NCBI GenBank assembly: GCA_051362555.1
Contig: CM120640.1
Span: 16,058,001 to 16,122,000 of the forward strand
Direction: 5' to 3'
DNA from: Lingula anatina
Taxonomy: Eukaryota > Animalia > Brachiopoda
DNA: 64,000 nt
Positions 35,811-49,554 of the stretch are shown here, one piece after another (within the stretch, counting starts at the first letter, position 1; each line of letters opens with the position of its first letter). The translations under genes were made by a program, and so were the position numbers. The notes beneath the pieces are model-generated. The model had not been told where the DNA came from, ran no database searches, and saw only the letters and a list, made by a program, of their open reading frames with translations.

Positions 35811-37687
35811 GCTAGACACTAATTTCAGCGCTTAAATAGGATAAATGGAAGCTGTGATATAGACGGATAATTAATTTTGCTTTATTCCACCAAAAATGGA
35901 CACTTTTCAACATATACATCTTCAGTCCATCAATTACTGGAACGTAAATGACATATCCATACATGAACATACATATATGAAATGAAGAGATATTTTCTTA
36001 TTACTTGAGACCATTTTTCTACAACACAACAATAAAGGTAAACAAGAACACACAAATAGCAAATACTGACATTAAGCAACAACATAAACAGTCTGAACAG
36101 TGACTACAGTGAGTCATAACCAGTAGGTTTTCACACTGAAGATATACAATTTAAATTCACTACTTTTGAATAGTTTTGAATAGTTTTTTAAAACTATTTC
36201 TAAGACAGTCAGATTTTCAGATTTTGGTGCACCCTTGACAAAGCAGACAAGCTTATGAAAGTTAAATAGGCTAAACTCGTGATACACAGCATCCAAATAA
36301 TAATAAGTATAGCCATATTTCTCGATTCCCAGATTTTAATACATTTAATTATCAAAGAACATGGAACCATAATTGTCACCTGTAGATAAAAAAGCACTAT
36401 AAATGTACATAGTATTTCACTGATTAATTCATAATATCACTTGGATCACATGTCTATGTGTATTGCTAAGAATAGAGGTCAGTTCATTCTGGGAGTGCTG
36501 CACCCATTTGCAAAAGTATTAGGTAAGAGAGGTAAGATTTAAGGAATGCTATGTGAAATTTTTGTTGATGAAAACTGCCTGTGACAGACTTCATACCATT
36601 AATACTCCCATGTGTCTGTGACACTGTAAATTTAAAATACAAACATAACAATGTAATAAATCTTTAAAGCATGCATTATATACAACACTGTCTTTGACAA
36701 GAAAAACAATAAAATCAAACTGAATAGATAACAAATACAACCTTTAAAACTATCCATTGTTAGAATATAGCAGAACAAAACATTTATTACTGCCATATTA
36801 GAATACTTAATTTTTTTTTCAGATATAGAGACAATTATTAATACTCTGCTTCAATAGGGAAATATACTATTTGGACATTTATATAATTGATTTTAAACCT
36901 AACAGATGCAGCAAAGAGAAAACATGGTGACATCAAATGGGATTATCTTAAAAAGACAAAGAGAGAAAATTTTGTATCAAAATAATCTTGGGTGATGAAA
37001 ATCACATGGCCCAGAAATTCCATATTTCAGTGGAATATTCTGTGCAAAGAATTCCCCTTACCACACCCCACATGCCTTATGTGTACAATTCGTTATCAAT
37101 AAATTGGAAAATTGGAAACATCTATAATTTGTATCAAATCTTTGACTCACAATTTAAAAATATTTTGTGCATATCAATGTAGAATCCTGCTGATGGTGGT
37201 TCACCAAATTCACAACCAATACTCTCAAAGTATAGAGATAAAATATAAAATATTGCCCACATTGCATCTTAGTGAGGACCATAGAATATTGCTGTCAATA
37301 TTAGAATATGTCCATTTTATGAACATTAAAAACTTATGTATGATAAAAATATACATTTAAAGACAACATAAAACTGGCAATGCCAGAGACATTACACTAG
37401 AGAGACAAAGAAAATTGGACCAAGTGTCCAAACAACAAAGTCAGTCTTTCATATGGCACTCCAAGAGATATACTGACTGCATAACAAACACCAGCTGTAA
37501 CAAGTTTGCCATTTCTAAATTTTAAACAGAAACGTAAAATATCTACCATGTCTTGTACAATACAATTAAAACAAGATGCTTTAAAGTAACCATATTAAGG
37601 CTCAATTTCAAATCTGCTGATGGACAGAAAAAATATTCCTTTTAAAAAAATACATGATGTTATTGTATTGCACCAGATCAAATCATC

Positions 37688-40600
37688 CTATGATGGTAAT
37701 TTCTGTGCTAGATCTTTCTGTTCAACCTTATTCAGGGCACACTTCAAAGCAAACATGGTTGCTTTCTCAGGACCTTGTTTCTGCCTCCAATTTCTCAGCA
37801 ACTGTATTTTCTGCTCCATTAAGTCATCAGGATGCCTGAAATATGAGTTGCACATATTACACACAAAAAAAAACAACTTATTTTAATTTTACTATATATC
37901 TATTCTATTACAAAAACATTTTAAAATTACAAAATACAGACAGAGACCGTTAGGCCATCAAATAACAGACACTTTTAATTTTCAACTTTTTTCATGATAA
38001 AAAATCACAACAAAACTCTTTTTAAAGATAACTTTCTTTAACTTTAAGTAAGTTTCTTTTAATTTCTCCTAGTACCTATGTTGGACATTTTCTATTTCCA
38101 CATTGGTCAGTCCCAGGGCTCTGGCCAGTGGCCATGTTGCTCGTTGTCCAAGCTCACCAGCAATCACATCAAACACTTCTGACCACTCCTCTGGGCTGGC
38201 AGGATGCACAAGGAGCTATGATAAGAATGAGATTGTCACATTACTTAATATCTGTGGAATGATTAAAGATTTTCTGTTACTTCATTTTATATATCATATC
38301 ATTTTTAAAGATACAATTTACTATCATTATAAAATGGAGAACTTAAATTGCCATAAGTCACTGATAAGTAAAACTATTAACGATTCATTAATATACATTG
38401 AATATGTAAAGGAATAGTTAGCAAGAAGGGAAAACCTTGTTGAAAGAGCTTGCATTCATCTTTCCCATCCTCTGCAGCTCCTCATTGATGTAGATTGTCG
38501 TGGTGGCAAAAGCTGTCTCTCCATACTGTACACCAGACGAGCTTTTAGAAAATGGTGGAAACTTGATCTTGCTAGCCAGCACTGGGGACCTGTGTGTGAT
38601 TTCTATCACTGTGCTGAAACTGGTGTCCTTCAGCATAAATTGCGTGTTCTGCAGGACGTACTCTGCTGCCAATGGAGGGAAGTCACCATTGTGACAACAG
38701 ACTAGTTCCTCCACTTTCTTACACTGGAAATAATTTATATTGATAAAGCACGCATGTGTAAATAAGAAAGTCTCTCAATATCTCAGTAACTGGTTTTTCA
38801 AATGTAAAGTTGCTTTTATCAGCTTATATTTTCATTATCATTATTTCTGTTTTCTTTTGTTTCTGTTTTCTTTCTTTTATTATCATTATTATTATTTTTT
38901 TTTTTGCAAAACATTCAAAAGCATTAAAATGGACAAGAATTACTGGAAGTGGGATTATCACATCTGAATGAGTCATTGGTTTTGCACAAGGTAAATTACT
39001 GACAATTTGTTACATCTTTTAAAGGCAATCTGTAATGTAATGTAATGTTAATGTAATGTAATGTCTCCTCTCACCTGGCGCAGTGAGAAGATGTGAGGTC
39101 TCCAGCCCTCTGGCAAATTCCTGTCATCCAGCTCCATTTCAAACTCACTGGTTTGCCCACTTGCTTTGGGGGTCAATTCAATCCTCTTTTGATCAAGAAG
39201 AACCCTATTTTCTCTGGCTTTCAAGTGCTAGAAAAAAAAACATTAAAATTTTGTTGTATTGTATATCAGTATTTCTTTCAAAAAATATCCTTAACTTAAA
39301 TGAAATTATAAAAACATTGAGGTATAAAGAACGCTTGTTAGAAAATGTTAATGTACTTTACTTGCTCCCATTGATAATTGGCAGTAACATCCCATTTTTC
39401 TTTTAATGTTTTTATTTTTGTCCTCATATAGTGTAAGAAAGAAAACAAAACCTGTTAAAAATGTCACATACCTCCAAGTAATCCTTGATTGCATACAATG
39501 TGTCACATAGGTAGAGCCTCAGTCTGACTTCTCTGTTGGGTTTATTCTTAACGGTCTTCTCCGAGAAGGAACCAAAGACCACTGCATCAATCACCATGTC
39601 TTTATCACTGCGCTTTCGACATGTGCAGAGGAACAGGGTAAAATGTGTGGTTTGTAAGTATATGTAACCATCACGCAGGGTGAAATACATGTCTTGGTGT
39701 ACATTGTTCTCCTTGCTTTGGTATGGCACCTCTTTGAAGATGTAAGGGGCTGTGGTTGACTCACTGCAGAGCACTCGTATGTCTTCCCATAGGTCACGGT
39801 CTGCAATGCAATGTGGTATCTTGACAAGAACGTGCTTCTTAAAGGACTTGTCACCACACAGCTTGTATTCTACTATGGGGGATATAATTCTCTCGTCTGG
39901 GCTAACAGCAGACACAAATGGCCTTTGGTCTAGGATGACCCCATCTTGCACAGCAAATGTCTGTCCCTTGGGCACTGCCCCCCTTGGGATATGAAGCTCC
40001 ACGGCAGACCCCTCTCTGACCAGCTGACCTCCAGATGATGTGAAGAAAGACATATTCTGATTGTCATTCAGTTTCTGCTGGGAACTAGAATTTGACTCAG
40101 AGTCTGCCTGCAGTAAAGGCTGGGCAAGATTGGCATTGTTGGTCTTGACATGCTTCTGGAGATTGGATGGAACATGGAAAACTTCATCTTCGAGTTCTTC
40201 AGCTGCTGCTGGTGGGTGGTCAAAAACCCGCGAAGTTGAGGGCTGATCTGGTGACATCCGGTTTCCATCCTCATCGAGCCGGGTAAACTGTTTCAGTTGG
40301 ATTTGTGTTGTCAATGACGACATCTCATTCAGTTCTTTTCGGATCCCTTGTTCTTGAAGCCAGTTAGAGCCTTCAAACACCTTGGGTCTTACTTTCACCA
40401 AAGTTGCCTTCTTGATAAAGCCTTTTGTGAGGCTCTTCAGGGCCTCTTTTTTGTCAAAACCCTTAAGCTCGCTCATAGCATCATCTAAGAATACAGGGAG
40501 GGACGACGTGCTCTTGCATTCTCTCTTCAGCCCTGCAGGGATGGAAGTATGGTGATATAATGAAGCTGTTCTTCTCGAGAAATCAAAATGGGTGTCATCA

Positions 40601-43354
40601 TGGACCTGCTTCACAGTGACCTCTATGTGAGGAGGAAAGAAAGACAAGGAGCTCATAGAGTGGGACAACTTCTTGAGTTTGGGTTTCTCCCCTGAGAGAT
40701 GTGCCAGAAGATCTGCAGTGGACCTGGAAATGAGCCCTGGACTTTTCTGCTTCTTTTTGCCGGGTGATTTGCCTCTCTGTGGTGTGGTCTGTGTGTCCAC
40801 TGTGTGTAGCATTGGCCAGGTCTGGGCAATGTCCCTGTGAGTGGGGTCTCGTTCCAATACATCTTGATACTAAGAACCAAAAGCAAAAAAAAAACAATCA
40901 ACTCTTAACTGAACTGAAGACTGGTTCACATATGAAAACTAGAGGTAAAGTAAATAGAATATTTTATATGGTGCGCAGCTAGTATCCTTAAAGCAATCAA
41001 TATGTTAAAACAGAAAATAATAGTAAATGGCATCTTATAGCAATGTTACTTTTGGATAAAACTTTTAAAAAATTTTTTTAAATTTAAAAAAATCATAAAT
41101 GTCTCACTTCGAATAAAAAAAAATGTTCATCTATTCAATTTTCAATTTTTTGTGTATGTCAACTATTGCACAGTGACTACTACCAATAACAATAAGTGCC
41201 ATATATATTTACTCACCCTGACAGCAATCTCTACATGTTGCTGTCTGGCCCTATTCTTAAATCTGCGGTACACACAGCAGGCAATGAAGAACACAATGAC
41301 CAGCACACCTATCACAACCACTATGATGATCACTGGGGTTTCCCAGCTCGATGCTCCAGCAGTGTGGTCCACAGATATTGTATCTAGAGAGAGAGAGAGG
41401 GCAATCAATTAACACGATATTACATAGCATTTTGATTAGACTGATAACAGATGAGTGGCTGGGGTTGAAGTACTATCTTGTTTGTTGTTCATCCCTGTAT
41501 AAGTTTTATCTACACTTATTTTGTGAGCTTTTGATTTTTCTTGACAGGCAGGGAATTATATATATATATATTTTCAATTGCTTGTTTCTTGAACATAAAG
41601 CTATATGTTAGATTTAAGAGCCTTAATTCTGAATAATAAAATAATATTTACTATCAGATAAGGCTACAGACTTTAATATTTTCCCATCTTATAGGACAAT
41701 TAAATTTTTCAAAACACTTCACAGAGTTTACCTTCAGTATGGGCTATAGGAGTTTTACGTGTGCTGGGTTTAGTGGGAAGGACCTCGTAGGGAGCCGCTG
41801 GAGAACCACCTCGTGCTGCCACCTGCAGGCTGCCTGCAATATGCAGGAGGCGTAATGTATATCAATTATTAAATTTCAAAGTGAAGTACATGTCAACTCA
41901 CAATATATTTTTCATATACCAGTATTTTCAAAACTACAAGATATCTTAAAACTGTTACATTGTTTCCGAATAAAACACACCAGGTGTTATATTGTTTAAT
42001 ACTTTTACTTTTATTAATATAAGTATCTCTGACCAAAACAATTTTTAGAATAGAATAATACATCAGTTGATTCTGTATGGCCCAGGGAGTCATGACACTT
42101 TACATTTGAAATCTTATCAGTCAAGAAGACACATGTCAAATAAGTATCAACAATTATATCCATACAACATGTTTGTGTTTGTTCAGCTGACATTGATGAT
42201 AAACTACTGCAAGGAATAACCTGACAACAGCAAGTATGAATTGCTTAGCTACCTTAGCCATAAAACATCACTATATATCTCAAAGCCTGTAGCCATAAAA
42301 ATATGCTGGTGGTGGGAATAATTACTTTATATTTATTCATAATAGTAAAATATGGATGGTAAGATTGGCAGAATCTAGGCCAACAGAGGTAGGCCTATTT
42401 AGCATAGGAAATAATGTCAAATAAGACACTTACAGATTAAAACTATTCATTAGCTTGGTGGTTGGATCATATATGATTATTTTAAAACACAAAGTAAAAT
42501 TTAAAATATTTCAGCTTGTGTTTTATAATTATCATACATAAGACACAGGCTGTTATCCTCGTTTTTTTTTTATGCAACATTTTGGGCATAGGGGACATAT
42601 TTTTGTATCAACCTATCAAACCAAAGCAGATTTGTGAGTGATAACCCTTTTCTGACTTAAATTAGATTTATCATCTTTAAAACATTCACTGAAAAAACAA
42701 AATGAAAAAAAAAAGAAAGGAAATACATACAAATACACACATATGTACAAAACAACACCAGGTTTTCATCAACTTACCAATACACTTTGCATCTGTTGTG
42801 CTGGTACAAGACTGTGCCTTCAGTCCACTGCACTGAGAGCACGGAGTGCAGGCACCTGTGTGCTTCTTGTCTGCATAAAACCCTGGGGGGCAGGGCCGAC
42901 ATGGGGTCTCATCCTTAGGGTCACAGGGTAGAATAAGACCAGTGCCTGGGGGACAGTGGAAATGAGGGCTACACTGGTGACGCAGGGTGCGTTTTGTCTT
43001 TGCCTAGAAATGGATGGATGGATGTCAGTTTTAGTAGAGGAATGCTCTTCATACATATCTTAAAATAACTTAACTTGGAAATTATAACATTACTCTGACA
43101 ACATGTGTTTTCATGTTTAAATGCAGAGATTCCCAATAACTTTACACAACAAAATATTGTTTAGATATTCAAAATCCTTCAATTTATGAAATGTGTTGTT
43201 TATTACCTTGTAATGGAGTTATGGAGCATGGATGCATTAATTTCTGAAATTGCATTCAAGTTACCTGTGCCGTCTCTTCTAGGCTAGCAGCCAGCACAGA
43301 ATCCACACACACAGCAAGCACCAGGCTGGCTACAGCTACTTGAACACTGATCAT
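37688..43354 (-). CDS. TNF-receptor-superfamily-like type I membrane protein with cytoplasmic ZU5-UPA-death domain, ~903 aa
   Basis: Nine phase-compatible GT-AG exons. 43354-43265: signal peptide MISVQVAVASLVLAVCVDSVLA. 43003-42778: TNFR Cys-rich repeats CPPGTGLILPCDPKDETPCRPCPPGFYADKKHTGACTPCSQCSGLKAQSCTSTTDAKC. 41833-41732: Pro/Thr stalk. 41383-41217: TM segment VIIIVVVIGVLVIVFFIACCVY followed by RRFK. 40869-39472: disordered linker plus ZU5 GGQL..VELHIPRGAV..ISPIVEY..FKKHVLVKIPHC..HFT. 39227-39075 and 38723-38436: UPA-like. 38215-38076 and 37835-37688: death domain IAGELG..WPLARALGLTNVEIENV..EQKIQLLRNWRQKQG..AT..L..AL.KVEQKDLA. Confidence 0.82.
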
Positions 43355-46195
43355 TTTTCCATGGGTTCACATTACCTTCAGAGAGAAAAATAAAATACAA
43401 ATTCAAAAGTTTAATGAAAAATTGTGGAAAAAATCTACAGATTTTTTCAGCTTTAATTCTCTTAGGATTCTGAAGAATAGATATGCTAGAGTAAAGTAAT
43501 AATATTTTTTTATTTAAAAACTAGACAACATTTTCCCAATAAAATGTCCTTGTTTCAGTACCAGATTTTCAGACAATCATTTATTTATGTGTGTATGCTT
43601 GTTACAACACTCCAACCTAATAATACATCAGAGCCTAAGCAGAAACTTCATGTCAGCCTTATCACTATACTGCTTTATCAAATGAGTCAACACCTCCAGT
43701 AAACTTTTTACCATATCTCCTTCCTTTCAGGTAATGTAAATACAATTACTATAGGCAACCAATGTTCCGATCGCTAACCCTAATCTATCATTGTTTCCTG
43801 TCACAGTGTGCAAAGAGCAATTTTCAATGAATAATAAAGAGCTTGTTAGGTATATCATTTGGTTCCCTTGTTTTCTGTTGTGAAACATGACTGCAAAGAA
43901 AATGTTTAATCTTTTCCCCATTCAGAGCAATTTCAGATGAAAAGAACTACTCTGTGATTAATCCAATGCAATCGAAACTGAAAAATTTCCCCAATAATAA
44001 TCCATTACTTTAACCCAATGCAATCATCAGCTGTGCATTGCTGACATGAAACATTGTGATACTGGATCAATTTTCTCCACGTTAAGATGACTTCATTCTG
44101 ATAAACCTGCTTGCCTAATCACCTTTCAATAATAATGTCCTCCCAAGTAGAAAGAAATGGCCATCCTTAGGGCAAAGCACCTAGGGTGTATCACACCATC
44201 TCCAGATTAAACCATCCATAATGAATATAACTGTCTCCAAAACCATTACACTGACAACAGCTGTGTACAAGTAGTGCACGGTATGAACAGAGATTTACTC
44301 AACTATTGAGTGAACATGTGGGCGGGAGCATGTGCCCGGACATTCCAATTTGTGTTGATATTTGGACAGACTGATAAAGTGTCAGCAAATATATTACTGC
44401 ATGAGCTGATAAAATGGGCAGAATTGGATAGGGATACTATTTTGAGCAGTTTTAAAATGAATGTTTTTACCCCACTGGAATACATTGAACTGAACCATTG
44501 GGTTGAATAGAAAGCTCACATCCTGTCAGGTCTATAATTTCCAATAATGAATTATGAATAAGCTATGGATGAAAACATCTTCAGATCTCTTTGTGTCAGC
44601 TTCAAGACTAAGTATTGATTTAACAAAGATATGTTGTTAAAAATCCAACTCTACAATTCTCTCATTATTTTTTGTCCTGAAATCACACACATGGTTCAGT
44701 TTCAGGTTACAGATACCTTGAAAAGATATTCTACAGGTATGTTGTACACGTCCCAAGATTATATATAGCACAAACCTGCCTGCTTTTAAAGTTCATTCAT
44801 TCCTCCTTGTCCTTAAACCACGTATGTCTAGTATAAGCAGAAACCAGGTGAATGTATGGCTTTTTGCTGTGGTATAAGAATACTTACTTCTTACTTGTTC
44901 CTAATAAATAAACAAATTGCACACTGGCTGTCAGCTGATCTGTTGTAGCGTAAACCTGACTCTTTAAAGACAGTTGCTACACTGTTTGCTATTATGTCAC
45001 TCATATTAATCTCATGTGGCTATAAGGTGGACACAGGGACCAACAGTAGTCCATTGGTCATTATATGGATGAGTGGCATTTAATGAGTCAGCTAATGTCA
45101 CCACCTGAACACATAAACAGAGGTAGAGAACAATGGCAGATGACTCACTTAGCATTGTGGACACTATTCTACCTGTGATTTAGAGTGGCAAAAGGTTTAC
45201 CTTATATATCAGGACTTGTGGTCAACTTTTTTATATGGGTAGCAGCTTAAGTTTACCTTGTACTGAGGCTTGTGGTAAAGTTTTATACAGACAGCAGCTT
45301 CAGTACCAGGCATAGAGTAGTTTTTTGATACAGCACATTTCTGATGAGATTTTCAGTTTGGTAATATGTCTCAATTTAATACTGAAATCTAGTATCTGTG
45401 ACTTTGAGTGCCAACAACTTTATCTGTGACTATGCAGGCTTTATACAGAAGTGTAGTAGCTTAAAAACAGGGCAAAGGATGGTTTAACTTTGACTCGGTA
45501 TCTTTATGAGATATTGATTCAGTAAGATGTTTTCAATACTAAGTTCGTATTTTTTTGCCTCCATGCCATTCATTGCATGTGGGCATCACATGATCTGTTG
45601 CTTCAATGTTTGGCCTTTGTGACATTTTTAATATATATTCCCCACAAAAATGAAAAAATTGTAAGGAAGTTGATACAGAAAAAAGGGCTCACAAAATTTC
45701 ATATCACCCCACAGCAAAAGGTGAGATCGCATCTGGAGCAAATTAACAATATGTATATAAACCACATAATACATATGCGCCAAACTGATATCACAGTACA
45801 TATCTGCAGGAGTCCCATTATTTCTGTGGCATGGCAAGCTCCTGGTTAACCTTGTGCACATATTTATACACACACTCTCTCTCTGGCACCTTGGCATTTA
45901 GAAAGGTTCAAAACAGTTATAGTAAACAAGCCAGTCATTTTCATATAAATCATATAATCAATGCAGTTCTGTGTATGGTGCGTTGAAGAACAAAGACTGC
46001 AGTCCCTCCATATTAAAAGAGACAGGTTGCTGATATCAGATCGTAAAATGTATCGGTAAAATAAAGGTACAGCTATCTGACCTAAATTTGATTAAAACAC
46101 AAACATACTTGACTAGACTTCTACCTGTTGCTCTCTCGAACCACTTAAAAGGATCCTATTCACTTTAAATACAAGAATTTAAAAGAAACTCTTAC

Positions 46196-46345
46196 CTCAC
46201 CTCGCTTTGACCGGGATTTCTTTGTGAACATGGCATGTTCTGTGTAGTAGCCAGCAGGTAAATTGAGGGGAATCCCCTCCACTTCCTGCCACTGGAGTGA
46301 TGTCATCAGGTATATATAGGTAGCTCCTCAGGTGAGTCATTTACT
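46196..46345 (-). promoter_or_regulatory. Putative promoter and non-coding first exon of the TNFR-ZU5-DD gene
   Basis: AP-1 TGAGTCA at 46333-46339, TATA-like TATATATA at 46311-46318, CRE-like TGATGTCA at 46298-46305, ETS ACTTCCTG at 46281-46288, kB palindrome GGGGAATCCCC at 46267-46277, a second kB-like GGGATTTCT near 46213, and a minus-strand donor AG|GTAAG at 46195. Confidence 0.55.
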
Positions 46346-46441
46346 TTAGATACGGCACCTGGGCACCTTGAATGACTTACTGATCCACGTACAAAGAATC
46401 AAAATGAGGACGAGGGAGAAGAGATGCAGTGTGTGGAAATG

Positions 46442-46444
<3 letters not shown>

Positions 46445-46492
<48 letters not shown>
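46445..46492. repeat. (AG)n microsatellite
   Basis: Direct reading of the sequence. Confidence 0.93.
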
Positions 46493-46496
<4 letters not shown>

Positions 46497-49009
46497 TGGG
46501 AGAAGGGGGGGGGGAATGTTACTAATATAAAAGTAATACAAGAAAAATGGGTTCCAAATTGCAACCTTTTGTTTTGCTAGAGAAGATTAGAAATTCATAC
46601 GCTGACTTCAATTACATTTTTGTGAGCACATGTTATCAGTATACATTTGAATGCATTGTTCAATGCAGCCATGCTAAAGGAAAATAAATATTTTAACTTA
46701 AGAACCATTCAGGAGAAAAACAGTGCTATGTTGTAAACAATTACTTTATTTGCATTGTAAAAGAGTCTGAACATCAAACCATGCATTGGTTTATCTCTAA
46801 ACATAATGTCCAATGTAGCTGCACAATGTACAGTGACAAAATGAAATATAAAATGTCATTAAAGTGTTCATCATTAAAGCTGTTACAAGCACTTTTCTCT
46901 CCTTAACTCTACAATAAAGCTGCACTTTCTACTGAACCAATAACAATTTAAAACTAACAAATAATTACGTACTTATTACAACCAACAAACATATATGTAT
47001 ACAGTGTATATATATTATATATATATTGCACAGATTAGAGTTAAATTGTAAAATCTCTCTAAGCAGCCATAACAGACAAAATATAAGACAGATTTCTGCA
47101 CATTCACAATAACCAATATAGCATTGCAAACACTTTAAAGCATTAAAATGACCTATTTGTTATTAACAAACAGTTAAATTATAATCACATGACAATAACT
47201 GGCATGGAAAAAGATGCCTAATGTGGTTTTATGTTAGTTCAAGCTTATCTAAAATGATCATATCCAAGAAAAAAAGTGAGGCTCAGCTCCTAGCATCCTT
47301 CAGGAAGAATAACTTGGGTCCTTTTCGTCAGGTGGGTTATACACGTCAGTATTGAAACACTTAGGCTGGTCCTAACATGTTATTATGCAAGAAGGGATTT
47401 ACTTCCTTTTGCAAGTTCGTTACGGGATGTTTGGACCAATCAAAATTAATCCAGTTAACTCACCAAATCGAGGACTGGAGCTTTGTTTAAATAACTTTCT
47501 CACGTAACAGCAGGGCTAGTACATTGTTAATCTCCCTAAGTATTTTAATACCGATATGTGTTATGCACATCGTGGACAAAGCCTCCTTATTAACCTTAAC
47601 CTAAGACCTTAACCAACAAACAATTTAGACAAGAAATTAAGACAAATGAACTCACTTTTGAAATATCTGATGAATAACAATATCTTTGACATATCTATAT
47701 GTAAATTTGGTGATTGTGTTGGAAGCACAGTGTTATGAAAACAATAAATGTGAGCAATTAATATGGTGTTGTGCACCAGAAGTACATTGCAAATATTCCT
47801 CTATCTAGGTAAATCTTCAGTTGAACGGTTCAGTTCTTATCATTAGTCTTTTTGCTGAGGGAGTTTTTACTAGCTTCTTATATGAACTAAATTGCAAATA
47901 AAAGTGGTTACATATCTGCTTTCTATAGCATACCTGTAATAGTTTTTTATGTCATAGCCATTCACCTTTGTTTTGCTGTAAAATGATTAATTTATAAATA
48001 GTAAAAATAAATAACGATAAAATCATCACTGAGGTAAGCAGTCTTAGTTCAAAAAAAATTTTTTTTTGACTTGACAACAATAACTGTTACACAAACAGCA
48101 CCACCAGATATGCAATTTTCACATACTTTAACAAAAACGATATGTAATTTAAACATAACAGGATTCTTATGGTTACTCTTTTCAAATAAAAATCATTGGA
48201 AAAATAAAAAGATAAAGACTGAAGGATTTCAACAGGTAAATTTAACTGGTTTGCACTATATATATATTTCTTTGTTCTTCTAACTGTAAGTGAAACAACA
48301 AGATAACCAGCATTACCATACTATCACACGTATAACATGGGACTAACATTTCAACAGTACTTATGATGATGCTTGTGTTAAACAATCCAGAGATTTGACA
48401 TACAATATTAATATACTAGTATTTGGCATTCAACATATTATATAGGGGACTCTATAATCATGAGATATATGCATTCAAAACTAGAAAAATATTGCACCTT
48501 TACATAGAGGTTTGTAAAGCAAGTTGATACAAACATTGACTATAGAATGTCAAAGACATTCTTAAAACTATTTTGGAAGTACCTTTGTACAATAATTTTC
48601 ATATATATATATTTATGTACAAGGTAAATGGTTTAGAACAAATAAGTAAAGGAAGATTGGTTTTGATAAGGGAAATATGTGCACTTGGTAGCCAGTATAC
48701 AGGAAGGATTTCAAATGTCACAGGTATCAATGCCTTCTATATTACAACAAGAACACAAGATTACAATGTAAAAATTACCACATATGTTTTACTTGGTATT
48801 CATACAGTTCATACTTGCAGATCAAATGTATCCATGTAGTCTAAAAGGAAAAATACTCCGGAACTACCAGGTGCCCAATCATTTCATTTTGGTGCTCTAT
48901 GTATGTGTATTAATGTATAGGGATTGTTCTTTTGAACATGATCAATTAGATTAAAAGTCTTTGCAAAAAGTCCTTATACCGAGTGAAGAGCTGGAAGTTT
49001 TGTTGTATT

Positions 49010-49012
<3 letters not shown>

Positions 49013-49078
<66 letters not shown>
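49013..49078. repeat. (TA)n microsatellite
   Basis: Direct reading of the sequence. Confidence 0.93.
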
Positions 49079-49082
<4 letters not shown>

Positions 49083-49554
49083 CATTAATATGACCAATTT
49101 TTCTTCATCTTTTTCAATTGTCGTGTTACATCAGCAGCATGTTTTTTTCTGCTAAACACAGCCATATAAAAAGATTAAATATATCTTTAGAAATGGCACT
49201 TAGATTTAAGATTATAAGAGTCATCATCTTAAATCTTAAACTCAGAGAGCAACATCTTCCCTCATGCAGTTTAATTAACTTTTTGCTGGTGTGAAATTCA
49301 AAATATTACAGACCTCTTGAAACATGACTTCCAAAAATTGTTATGAAGATCTCTTCCATGATAAGGGACAGTTATAAATATTAACACACTGTATTCTGTA
49401 CTTCCTTTTTGGCCCCTTCAGTAAACCACCGACTTCAACTTGCAGATGCATGAAAGTTCCTGACTGATATCTCCTCTTACCACCAGGGGGCACCTGCTGA
49501 CTGAAGGAAAGGTGGGGGATATTGCAGTGTCACATCACCAGATGGAGTTGTCTG

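Noticed and set aside
44303-44510. Possible extra coding exon of the TNFR-like gene
   Set aside because: No convincing splice sites or domain motif, and the signal peptide is already supplied by exon 43354-43265.
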